Under the pieces are notes generated by a model. It searched no databases, had not been told where the DNA came from, and saw nothing but the letters and a program-made list of their open reading frames with translations. DNA of 36,877 nucleotides from a virus: IMG/VR virus record IMGVR_UViG_3300024517_000004, one strand, 5' to 3'. The first letter of the stretch is position 1, and every line of letters begins with the position of its first letter. The translations under genes and the position numbers were made by a program. This document shows positions 18,901 through 25,893 of the stretch, one piece after another.

Positions 18901-20798
18901 CCTGACATTAACTGTGCTGAGACCTTAGCGAAATTAAATGCACCTGATTCCCATAACTCAGGGTATTTATCTTTAGGATAAATCTCAGGAATAAAACTAA
19001 TATCATCCTCAGTTAAAACATCTTCTAAGCCAAATTTATTAGCAACAAAGTTCACAACATCTGCGCCTAATTCTAATGTGCCTTGAGGTAGTTCGTACAA
19101 TAAGCCTTGAGCAGTTCCTCTTGTTAGGTTTTTAGGTAGGTCAACAGCCTCTTGATGTCTTGGGTGGTCAGGATTGTGTAGAGCATTTATAAATGAATCT
19201 TTAGTAACGAATGGTGCGATTGTGCCTTTATAAGCATCTTTTATACCACTCCATATAGCATCTAATTGTTGGTTGTTTACATTATTCTCATGCCAAAAAC
19301 CAGTTTTTCCTCTATTTATCTCTTTACTTTGTTTCAATAATTCCGCACTACTCTTCCATCCTTTAAATGACTTAGCGAAATTGGTGTTGTTGTACCAATT
19401 CGATATTTTGTCTTTTATAAGACTTGGCACTTCATTTAGATTAATACTGTATGAGTTGTCTGCCTCATTGCTGTCAGCGTGTTGGTCTAATATACCTCCA
19501 ACTACATCAGGCTCACTTATATCATCGTCTAGGGAGAACTCTCTACTATTCAACAATGTGTTTGTTGCGTCTGTTTGGTCTTGATATAAATCAACACGAG
19601 CATCAGGTGTTAGTTTGTTGCCATAAATATCAGCCTGTGGTAATACTTGACCAAAATCATCGGTTGTTAGTTCTGCTCGGTTGGCTAATACACCTGCATC
19701 CTGTGCCTTCCAACGCTCTGCATTTTCTCGGAGGTTCATATAGTCTGATGATGGTAGGATACCACTATCTACCATATCCATTAAACGCTCATCCTCAACA
19801 TTTAATAAGTTTAATGGGTTCGTGCTATCACCATATTCAGGACGTTGCTCTACCATATCTAATATAGAGTCTCGTTGTGAGGTAGCCTCTACTGGTTGGA
19901 ACGGTTGTTGGAATGGATTATCCCCACCGCCATGCATAACGGGATATGGTTGTTGCAATGGATTATAATTACTATCAACTGTAGGATTTGAATAGGATGG
20001 TATTCCTTGCCTTTCAGTTGACATCGGAACATAGTCTTGGCCTTCGTATGGTCTACTAAAACCTGAATCAAATGATGGTATACCCTGTTCTGAGTATACA
20101 TTGCCCTGAGTCTTTGGTGACAATAAGCCAACAAGGTTCTGACCAAGTAAAGCACCAAGCCTTTCCTCTTTAACCTTCGCCATGTTGTTTAGTATTCCAC
20201 CTTCAGGTGCTTCTACACCTTGAAAGGTAGGGTCTCTAGTTATTGTGCCTGAGTTATCTTCAGGGAGTGGTGGTACATACTTTCGTGTCGGTTCTATTCC
20301 ATCACTTCTTGTCTGAGCCGATACTAATGCCTCATCTAACGTGTTATGTACGCTTGTTGGCTGTAGAACACCATTAACTACTGCCGACTTCAATACCTGT
20401 TCATCATCAATTATTACACCATTATCAAACACCGTTGGTACATTTACCCACTTACCATCTATATTAATTGTTTGGGATTTTTCTGAATATTGTTGTCCTG
20501 ATGTGTCTGTGTATACGTCTTTTCCATACTGCGTTGTCTCTCCAGTTGCTACAGGAGTGTCTAATAGACCTTGTCCGTACAGTTGTTCTTCTCTATTAAC
20601 GTCAGTTGGAGGTACATATGGTTGATAGTTTGGATTTATGTTTCCGTCTATTGACTGTATTTGTGGATTGTTTTCGAGTGATGAACGTAGTAGTCTTTCA
20701 CGTTTCTCTTCTTCAGACTCATAATAGATTGGCTCTCGGATTGTTTCCCAAGTTCCATCAGAATTTTGATGCAGTCGCTCGTGGTATCTATACGCCAT
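15945..20798 (-). CDS. Giant multi-domain virion protein (1617 aa), 'polyvalent protein'-like with an HExxH zincin-like module and a C-terminal NNPGN-motif domain
   Basis: Its ATG abuts the TerL stop (TAA 20799-20801, ATG 20796-20798). It contains WRFEIDDSTA..LDHPTLFKAYPEL..LLHEVQHAVQFIEDFAPGGN..GEREAYQTQYR, with HEVQH encoded at 17940-17954. The C-terminal part reads VKTNNPGNIMMSG..FKTPEYGVRALTRDL..PIYAP..NNPPNY, with NNPGN at 16359-16373. Confidence 0.6.
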   Translation of the reverse strand: MAYRYHERLHQNSDGTWETIREPIYYESEEEKRERLLRSSLENNPQIQSIDGNINPNYQPYVPPTDVNREEQLYGQGLLDTPVATGETTQYGKDVYTDTSGQQYSEKSQTINIDGKWVNVPTVFDNGVIIDDEQVLKSAVVNGVLQPTSVHNTLDEALVSAQTRSDGIEPTRKYVPPLPEDNSGTITRDPTFQGVEAPEGGILNNMAKVKEERLGALLGQNLVGLLSPKTQGNVYSEQGIPSFDSGFSRPYEGQDYVPMSTERQGIPSYSNPTVDSNYNPLQQPYPVMHGGGDNPFQQPFQPVEATSQRDSILDMVEQRPEYGDSTNPLNLLNVEDERLMDMVDSGILPSSDYMNLRENAERWKAQDAGVLANRAELTTDDFGQVLPQADIYGNKLTPDARVDLYQDQTDATNTLLNSREFSLDDDISEPDVVGGILDQHADSNEADNSYSINLNEVPSLIKDKISNWYNNTNFAKSFKGWKSSAELLKQSKEINRGKTGFWHENNVNNQQLDAIWSGIKDAYKGTIAPFVTKDSFINALHNPDHPRHQEAVDLPKNLTRGTAQGLLYELPQGTLELGADVVNFVANKFGLEDVLTEDDISFIPEIYPKDKYPELWESGAFNFAKVSAQLMSGYGAIKTALKKSLFKKDGIKGKMATEVLSTGGAGLTLDPTDGNLSTMLNNTDFRNAITEYLASDTDSKVAEDRLKARLQNFVEEGLFGTVASGFLFAQHLKNTPDALDGWGEVMDKVYDVSTMGAGKKEMFAGDKGLLNIGDDINPNATTSNKSLEEGNYPFSYNERLDMAKDFERGGTSAQSIWKSTGFKRAKDGKWRFEIDDSTAIIKTDWKKDLLRHPDTAVYLGDILDHPTLFKAYPELEHLPVFPFNYVNEKSIFGGFSDKDFSILMKDQGFDSVNKWAKNSAGKWEKVANPDLAGLPSSQLHLMYKERLLHEVQHAVQFIEDFAPGGNTANEARRLFEAHPFVKELREDLTKIEGERDKLTDAYKKKYGKSWVEGGFDSVQQEKDWDAIVKKSHDVITVQKRNKRGMENIDDILKNKAKENYNNLHGEREAYQTQYRTFLTPSARRHLFPDMTESDASIVRDRDGNDIASGLLDEINTGKTKEMRDIHPQYAGDRVNELERLKDVTTQTSNNILIDIPEKSITDFEGKPFVTTQSDRSEAGKILTHINDVELKDAVPLRGGQNYMRNAENYLQGNVWASAQGGTSSILNMANKLKNQTGDNPFIMPYKMKPTGIDFTHQTTEAMINYADTVLTRADKTKLNKLIKKVLPTWKGIGSPNLQGILNKTTGEQRKAIQNILDVNFRDAGISLPEARVAVSDVTQLNAPDATLQNVGLLDLTRTNKSNHPSYNQALKGDPVGRIKEDISAWDILTSEALGRNVDPKTATATDYRSLTMKPKGGILDDELLRSLDDKGLLNNNAKLAIPAGGLLSEESENLNQQVKTQALSQKVAGYVNVKTNNPGNIMMSGSHIDWDGLKDGTDVYYDVNGEKYYQFKTPEYGVRALTRDLKTKRNKKTPLNTIEKIIPIYAPQGHGNNNPPNYIKIVSQRSGIPKDKVLEDSDMFELIKAITHMEGSGSLQYYTDAIIKKGMEMEKAKKKKP

Positions 20799-22091
20799 TT
20801 AAACAATTCCTTTAAGGTTTCTTCGCATGGGCTTATCCCACCCTTCGTTAAATGGTCTATATCCTACGGCTAGATACCTAAACGAATCTGCCGGATGTGA
20901 AGACCAGTCGTGTTTAGGCCGACTTCTCCAAGTCTTGCCGTTCTCATCGTATTCACGCTGATAGTTTAACAGACCGTCAAATAATTGTTCACACTTTTTT
21001 TCATCAAACCAACACCTGTCTAAGAATGACCTCACATTTTGAATGCCATCATCTATTCGTAGGTTTGGTGCGATGTCTATATTCTTTATCCCAAGGTTGT
21101 CTAGAATCTCAAGACGAGACTTTCCTGAACCTAACTCCCTAACCCTAACATCATGAGGCAGAATGTGTTGGTCATACACATACCCCTTATCTTGAAGTAC
21201 CTTGGCATAATGGTCTAATCCTACACCTGCTGACTCGTAGTAGTCAATTATCCTTACTTCTGCGCCCACAAATTGTGCAAAGGTTATCGCTGTTGAATCG
21301 CCAATACCTAAATCCCAACTCGTAACTACTCCCATACTTTTATCTAATGGTACTTTAGTTAGCCTACCCTCATCTTTAAGTTTGCGTAGTTCGTTAACAT
21401 AATATGACCCGTCCGTAAAAATTAAGAATCCACCACCCCACACATGGTCGTACATATCAGGTCTGTTTTTCTTATCTTCCAGTCTAGTCTGTTCGAGAAC
21501 GTCAGGAAACCAAGGGTTGTCCATGTAATTTAGTTCAACTATCTTCGCATTCTTAGGTGGGTTATTTCTAAACCTCTCGTGTGTTGCCGAGTATTTACTC
21601 TCAGGATTCCACGTTACCCACACCTCTGATTTAGCCTCTCGTACAGTTGGTATTAATTTACGGTAGGCCTGTTCACTTACAGACTCTGCCTCATCCACCC
21701 ACGCTAATATAATTCTTGCTTTAGACTTTATAGCATCTAGTGAACGTCTTAGACCTGAGAATGTGTAGTGTATATTCCCATCTTTAGAACGAATATACTT
21801 CTCACCTATTTCATAATAATCATTAAGCCAATCTACTGACCTTATTGCTGTCTTAATCTCTTCAAGCGATGAGTCATCCAATGAGTTCATAAACTCTCTA
21901 GCGCAGAGTATTTGACCGCTTTTGCCTTGCATTCCCCATCTATAACCATAGACAGCAGTCATTAGAGCAAAGGAACGTGTCTTTCCTGAACCTCTTGACC
22001 CATAACTGCAACGGAATCTTGCCTCCCCTTCAAATATAGGTACTAACTTTGGGGGCAACTCTATCTGTGCTTTAATCTTCTCGGTCTTCAT
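20799..22091 (-). CDS. terL: Terminase large subunit (430 aa)
   Basis: Walker A is SYGSRGSGKTRSF and Walker B is ILAWVDEAE. The C-terminal nuclease-type half reads ..WDLGIGDSTAI... It follows the TerS-like gene. Confidence 0.9.
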   Translation of the reverse strand: MKTEKIKAQIELPPKLVPIFEGEARFRCSYGSRGSGKTRSFALMTAVYGYRWGMQGKSGQILCAREFMNSLDDSSLEEIKTAIRSVDWLNDYYEIGEKYIRSKDGNIHYTFSGLRRSLDAIKSKARIILAWVDEAESVSEQAYRKLIPTVREAKSEVWVTWNPESKYSATHERFRNNPPKNAKIVELNYMDNPWFPDVLEQTRLEDKKNRPDMYDHVWGGGFLIFTDGSYYVNELRKLKDEGRLTKVPLDKSMGVVTSWDLGIGDSTAITFAQFVGAEVRIIDYYESAGVGLDHYAKVLQDKGYVYDQHILPHDVRVRELGSGKSRLEILDNLGIKNIDIAPNLRIDDGIQNVRSFLDRCWFDEKKCEQLFDGLLNYQREYDENGKTWRSRPKHDWSSHPADSFRYLAVGYRPFNEGWDKPMRRNLKGIV

Positions 22092-22452
22092 ACTTTGCGA
22101 CTAATTCTATCACAGTAGGTTTCATTGTGCCATCGCTTGATTTTATATCTGTTTCTGTCTTCGTAACTAAGCCATGATTTGAACTTAATGCAAGGGTTGC
22201 AGTCCTCTCTCTGAACTCGCCACTCAGTGAGCCATTCATAAGAACTCTGCCTTGTTTTGTCATTAAACCCCTTACGATGTCGGAAAACTCAGGATATTTT
22301 TGCTCCCAATCGTTGATTGTATCCCTGTGAATGCCTAATTCTAACGCTAATCCATCTATCATGGGTATTTGGTCGCCATAGGCTGTATAGTTCTTTATAT
22401 AGTCCTGTGCTTTCTCTAGTATTTTGTCATTATATTTGGTTGGTCTAGCCAT
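22072..22452 (-). CDS. terS: Terminase small subunit (126 aa)
   Basis: The N-terminal MARPTKYNDKILEKAQDYI is a typical (G)RPTKY HTH start of small terminases. It overlaps the TerL start by 20 nt. Confidence 0.7.
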   Translation of the reverse strand: MARPTKYNDKILEKAQDYIKNYTAYGDQIPMIDGLALELGIHRDTINDWEQKYPEFSDIVRGLMTKQGRVLMNGSLSGEFRERTATLALSSNHGLVTKTETDIKSSDGTMKPTVIELVAKYEDRED

Positions 22453-22658
22453 TAATGTAACCTCACCGATGTCATTGGTGTAAAGTCTATCTCTACTGTG
22501 TCAAGAACTGCCATGACCGCAGAGTGTGCTAAATCAACAGAGGAATCTTCTGCTAATAGCATTAGGGAGGCTACATACAATTCCTTGAAATCTGCATCAT
22601 CTATCTCACTCAGGTCAAGTGTATTTGCCCCTACTATTTCTTCTTGCAAAAAACCCAT
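22452..22658 (-). CDS. Hypothetical acidic protein (68 aa)
   Basis: The ORF is adjacent to TerS. No motif recognised and the SD is weak. Confidence 0.45.
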   Translation of the reverse strand: MGFLQEEIVGANTLDLSEIDDADFKELYVASLMLLAEDSSVDLAHSAVMAVLDTVEIDFTPMTSVRLH

Positions 22659-22719
22659 AGCATTATTGCCCCATATATTATTATTCCTGCTACCAATAGT
22701 TCTTCCAACATCAACATGC

Positions 22720-23151
22720 TCATCCTTTTAATCCCATCGCTTTATCATACAATTCCTTGAAATCTTCAGACCTTGGTAATGTTATATTCTGCTCTGCCAT
22801 AAGTATATCTATTTGGTCTAAATAGTCCTTAAATTCTGCCACCTTTAATTCAGTTGATGACCGCAACTCAGTTATCTCTTTACCCTTCTTTGTAGTGAAG
22901 GTCTTGTAACCCAAGAATAGGTCTCTAAATATTACAGCGATTTCGTCCTTATTGTACCCTAAGTTATGAGATGCCACATCTATCCACATCCAGTAGAGAC
23001 GATTCTGAGCCTCTGAGCGAGTTGCAACAGGCTTTTTAATGCTTACTACTGCCTTTTCTACGTCAGGATTTTCATGGAAAAAATCTTGCACTAACGATTT
23101 AAAAACTTGTTCTTTTGGCTTATGTTTTTCAACTATTCTTTGCCCGCTCAT
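22720..23151 (-). CDS. NinB/Orf-like recombination mediator (143 aa)
   Basis: ATRSEAQNRLYWMWIDVASHNLGY resembles the RS..QN...W motif of lambda NinB. The context is a lambdoid nin-like gene run. Confidence 0.55.
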   Translation of the reverse strand: MSGQRIVEKHKPKEQVFKSLVQDFFHENPDVEKAVVSIKKPVATRSEAQNRLYWMWIDVASHNLGYNKDEIAVIFRDLFLGYKTFTTKKGKEITELRSSTELKVAEFKDYLDQIDILMAEQNITLPRSEDFKELYDKAMGLKG

Positions 23152-23262
23152 AGAGTTTTTTTACCTTTTTATTTATCTTATGCAGTAATGCACATATTTT
23201 TAATCTTTCACAAGGTATTGCCACATACTTTCTATAGCCACCGAACAATTTTCTTACTAAAC

Positions 23263-23553
23263 TTACTCCCATCTTATTAACTCCTTATCTATTAAGATTT
23301 GTTGTGTTCTTTGCATTGCCACTAAGTGAGTGAGAAGGATGTGCTGTCTATCTAGGTCTGTCAACTTTCTACCATCCACAATATCATGACAATTATGGCA
23401 AGCATAAGCCCCGAATATATCCGCCTTCTTAGAGGCCATTCCACCACCATTGAGATGAGCGAACACGACAGTCTCATTCTCAACCCCACCATTACATCCT
23501 TGGAGACGCACAGTACAGGCTTGTCCTTTAGCACTCTTGGTTATCTTACTCAA
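23263..23553 (-). CDS. YbcO-like (DUF1364) putative nuclease (96 aa)
   Basis: KSAKGQACTVRLQGCNGGVENETVVFAHLNG...YACHNCHDIVDGR parallels E. coli prophage YbcO (..GRECQVR.PGVCNG.PETSVLAH...ACS.CHD..D.R), with the 4 Cys conserved. Confidence 0.6.
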   Translation of the reverse strand: MSKITKSAKGQACTVRLQGCNGGVENETVVFAHLNGGGMASKKADIFGAYACHNCHDIVDGRKLTDLDRQHILLTHLVAMQRTQQILIDKELIRWE

Positions 23554-23897
23554 GTCCTAATCTCCCAATCAATTAATGCCTCTATTACATCTGCCACCGA
23601 ATACACCACCTTGACTTGGCCACCATTAGTTTCTATTTTTTTTATCATGGCTTTTTGGGCTTTTGATAAGTAACCTTTTGGGGTTGCCCCCTTGGGCTTT
23701 TTTACTTCCAAGGCATAAAACATACCTTCATGTATCAGGGTTATATCCGGCACTCCTTTTTTAACCCCTTCTGCCTGTAATTTTGACGCAACCTTTACAT
23801 TGCGCTGTCCACCATTAGGAACTGCCCACCAACAGAAACCTCGTGCGTCTAGGTACTCTTTAATAGACTTTTGTACCTCGTGTTCTATTTGATTCAT
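23550..23897 (-). CDS. VRR-NUC domain nuclease (115 aa)
   Basis: EHEVQKSIKEYL..NGG..GVKKGVPDITLIHEGMFYALEVKKPKG..LSKAQKAMI shows the PD-(D/E)xK core of VRR-NUC (GvPD...E.K). Confidence 0.8.
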   Translation of the reverse strand: MNQIEHEVQKSIKEYLDARGFCWWAVPNGGQRNVKVASKLQAEGVKKGVPDITLIHEGMFYALEVKKPKGATPKGYLSKAQKAMIKKIETNGGQVKVVYSVADVIEALIDWEIRT

Positions 23898-24121
23898 TTA
23901 GACCCTGTGCGTGCTACCTCTGCCCATTTAGACCTAGTCTGAACATATCCAAGATAATTAGAAAGGCCATAAATCATCCAATGAATGTAAGGTTGGTCTT
24001 GTTTAATCCTGTAGTGTAAGGCCTGTCGTGTGATACCAAAGTAGCGTGCTACCTCAGCCTTCGACAGCCCTAGCCTATTAATTTCGTGAGAAATGTCGTT
24101 GTAATATATTGTTTTTTGCAT
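23894..24121 (-). CDS. Small HTH DNA-binding regulator (75 aa)
   Basis: HTH: LSKAEVARYFGITRQALHYRIK. There is no SD. The ATG lies 6 nt after a consensus TATAAT. Confidence 0.7.
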   Translation of the reverse strand: MQKTIYYNDISHEINRLGLSKAEVARYFGITRQALHYRIKQDQPYIHWMIYGLSNYLGYVQTRSKWAEVARTGSK

Positions 24122-24127
24122 AATATA

Positions 24128-24157
24128 ATTATACCTAAACGCTAAAATAGCCGTAAA
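24128..24157 (-). promoter_or_regulatory. Sigma70-like promoter placed for a leaderless transcript of the 75-aa HTH gene
   Basis: The - strand reads TTTACG(24157-24152)-18 nt-TATAAT(24133-24128)-tatatt-ATG(24121). Confidence 0.4.
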
Positions 24158-24162
24158 GGTAT

Positions 24163-24636
24163 TTATACATACAAAGTGTTTTTTATTCTCACGCTATCCC
24201 ATCCATCGGCAACCATCCATTTCTGAATGTGGTACTTGGTCGATGGTGGTGTTTCATTTTTAGAAAAAACGGTTGACAGAAATGCCAACTTCTCTCTAGT
24301 TGTTTTTGCACTATCCCATTGGGTAGCATAATTACTTCTCGTATATTCTAAAGTTGGCAGTTTTGGTTGCATCGCAATTTCTATTCTACGCATCTCTGCC
24401 ATTATCTCAGGTACAGTTGGTGGATGTTCACGTCCTAGTTCTGAAATTCTATTAAGTGCCTCATACCATCCAAGACATGCATTATCGCTAATACTACTTA
24501 ATTGTTCTGCAAGAAATTTAATTGCCTCTACTTTATCTACCTCTTTGTTCGTAGCATATTTATATTCCATTTCCATACGAGCGAATATCTCTGTTGCTAT
24601 TTCTATTCTGTCTACCTCTTTTATTTCTTGATACAT
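24163..24636 (-). CDS. Helicase-loader-like replication protein (157 aa), G39P / lambda P-type role
   Basis: It lies immediately downstream of the initiator-like gene. ..WYEALNRISELGREHPPTVPEIMAEMRR resembles the 'fPPs..E' signature of G39P-type loaders as I recall it. Confidence 0.4.
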   Translation of the reverse strand: MYQEIKEVDRIEIATEIFARMEMEYKYATNKEVDKVEAIKFLAEQLSSISDNACLGWYEALNRISELGREHPPTVPEIMAEMRRIEIAMQPKLPTLEYTRSNYATQWDSAKTTREKLAFLSTVFSKNETPPSTKYHIQKWMVADGWDSVRIKNTLYV

Positions 24637-24637
24637 A

Positions 24638-25327
24638 CTAACCCCCTAGTTGTTTAAGTTCTTGCATTGACAGATGTTGGTTTTGCTTTGCCTGAACCTG
24701 TTGCTTTATTGCGTTGAATGACGTTACCTTGCCAGTTGGCACTTTAACCCATCCTTCTCGTACATAGTATCTCATTCCCGAATCTAAGTCTTTCAAAGGC
24801 TTCTGTCTATTCTTTGCCTTGTCCTTGAATGTATCTACCAATGTTACTAATTGCTTTTCAGTTATGTTAGGAAACTTCTCATTAATGACTTTCAAAGTAG
24901 TATCATTCGGAGAAAATTTCTCTATATATATATTATCTTTATTACTACTTAAATCTTTATTACTAATGCGTACGGCTTTTCCCTTGTTGGGATTATCCGT
25001 ATTTGGCTTGTTCGGAATAGCCGTATTTGGTGTAGCAGTAGGGTGTTCCTCGTCAATATATCCAATAAAATATTCACCTGACCCATTCGTGGCCTTTCGA
25101 TAGTCAACCCATCCACTCTCTCGTAATTCTTTTAATGTGGAAGATATACCATCGACACCTTCTTTAAGTTGTGATGCCATTGACCTTATCGTAAAGTTCC
25201 AGTCATCGGGCTTGCTGTACATAAATGCGTAAAGCCCTTTTGCCTTTAATGATAAAGACCTATCGTTAATTATTCTATTAGATACCTGTGTATAGGAGGC
25301 ACTAATCCTAGTCATTTTGTTTTTCAT
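24638..25327 (-). CDS. Replication initiator / replisome organiser (229 aa from ATG 25327), lambda O-like role
   Basis: The N-terminal wHTH reads YTQVSNRIINDRSLSLKAKGLYAFMYSKPDDWNFTIRSMASQLKEGVDGISSTLKELRESGWV, typical of phage/plasmid replisome organisers. The central linker is low-complexity and PN-rich. The track start 25357 is a TTG; ATG 25327 follows gaggaaaaaaaa. Confidence 0.6.
   Translation of the reverse strand: MKNKMTRISASYTQVSNRIINDRSLSLKAKGLYAFMYSKPDDWNFTIRSMASQLKEGVDGISSTLKELRESGWVDYRKATNGSGEYFIGYIDEEHPTATPNTAIPNKPNTDNPNKGKAVRISNKDLSSNKDNIYIEKFSPNDTTLKVINEKFPNITEKQLVTLVDTFKDKAKNRQKPLKDLDSGMRYYVREGWVKVPTGKVTSFNAIKQQVQAKQNQHLSMQELKQLGG
24923..25044. repeat. Iteron-like direct repeats plus an AT tract inside the initiator gene (candidate ori)
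   Basis: Read directly: tatatatatat at 24923-24933; ATCTTTATTACTA at 24935-24947 and 24953-24965; CCGTATTTGG at 24997-25006 and 25021-25030. The last pair sits within about three degenerate 24-bp tandem units (24973-25044). Confidence 0.45.
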
Positions 25328-25373
25328 TTTTTTTTCCTCGTTGATTAAATTATTCAAATCCCTTCTTTAGATT

Positions 25374-25398
25374 GGGTGGGGTAATTACCTCCCCACCC
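25374..25398. promoter_or_regulatory. GC-rich hairpin in the divergent control region
   Basis: GGGTGGGG-taattacct-CCCCACCC forms an 8-bp perfect stem. It lies between the leftward -10 candidate and the initiator gene start. Confidence 0.5.
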
Positions 25399-25424
25399 TG
25401 AATAACCTAAAGGAGGTTAGACCA

Positions 25425-25454
25425 ATTATAGACTCTTTAAAAAAGAATTGCTAA
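25425..25454 (-). promoter_or_regulatory. Candidate leftward sigma70-like promoter
   Basis: The - strand reads TTAGCA(25454-25449)-18 nt-TATAAT(25430-25425). The -10 is consensus and the -35 matches 4/6. Confidence 0.3.
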
Positions 25455-25484
25455 ACTATTTTGAAAATAAAGTGTAAAAAATGC

Positions 25485-25514
25485 TTGACACATTATAAAT
25501 ATACACTCTATAAT
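25485..25514 (+). promoter_or_regulatory. Early promoter P1
   Basis: TTGACA(25485-25490)-18 nt-TATAAT(25509-25514). It is embedded in a 23-nt block (25468-25490) identical to 26181-26203. Confidence 0.6.
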
Positions 25515-25568
25515 GTATTTATCGAATCAGGAATGGTTCGGTACTTTAAAAACAAAACGGAGAAACAA

Positions 25569-25868
25569 ATGAAAAACTTTATAAATGGAAACGAATACAC
25601 AGGTGGTAATGTTACAACTTTAGAAGATGCAGGTTTCGCAGATGCATCAGAGTTTGCTACTTTTCGTCAAATCAAAAAACACTTTAACCTTCAAGGAAAA
25701 GAAATGAAGGGTGCAAAATCAGTTGCTACTTTAATGAGAGTTGTAGTTAAGAAAGTAGTTAACAAAAAAACAGGCAAAAAGGAAGACAAGAAGTTTCCTA
25801 AATACTTTAGTGTTTTTGAGAAGAACGAAGTAATAGCAGTTCTTCAATCTAACGGATTCACACTTTAA
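25569..25868 (+). CDS. ArdC N-terminal-domain-like (DUF1738) ssDNA-binding protein, 99 aa, with no protease domain
   Basis: ATG 25569 follows aaaacggagaaacaa (SD GGAG). The upstream part of track ORF 25461.. covers the promoter. NGNEYTGGNVTTL...EFATFRQIKKHFNLQGKEMKGAKSVATLMRVV...YFSVFEKNEV parallels ArdC-N (..TG..Y.G.N...L...W.TFKQA...GG.VRKGEKG..VV...Y.VFN..Q). Confidence 0.6.
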   Translation: MKNFINGNEYTGGNVTTLEDAGFADASEFATFRQIKKHFNLQGKEMKGAKSVATLMRVVVKKVVNKKTGKKEDKKFPKYFSVFEKNEVIAVLQSNGFTL

Positions 25869-25875
25869 TTTAACA

Positions 25876-25893
25876 GGGGAGGGTAACCTCCCC
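25876..25893 (+). promoter_or_regulatory. Conserved hairpin module H1 (7-bp GC stem, GTAA loop)
   Basis: GGGGAGG-gtaa-CCTCCCC. The 34-nt block ttaacaggggagggtaacctccccacaacggagag is repeated identically at 29342-29375. Confidence 0.6.

Noticed and set aside
25407-25416. Perfect SD-like AAAGGAGGT on the + strand in the control region
   Set aside because: No ATG, GTG or TTG lies within a usable distance downstream. On the - strand the same bases form part of the leftward leader.
25461-25568. N-terminal extension of track ORF 25461..25868 (MKIKCKKCLTHYKY...), and likewise 26194..26247 of the next track ORF
   Set aside because: These codons overlap the promoter hexamers and the conserved leader. 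The internal ATGs (25569, 26248) have the conserved GGAG SD and the shared MKN start.
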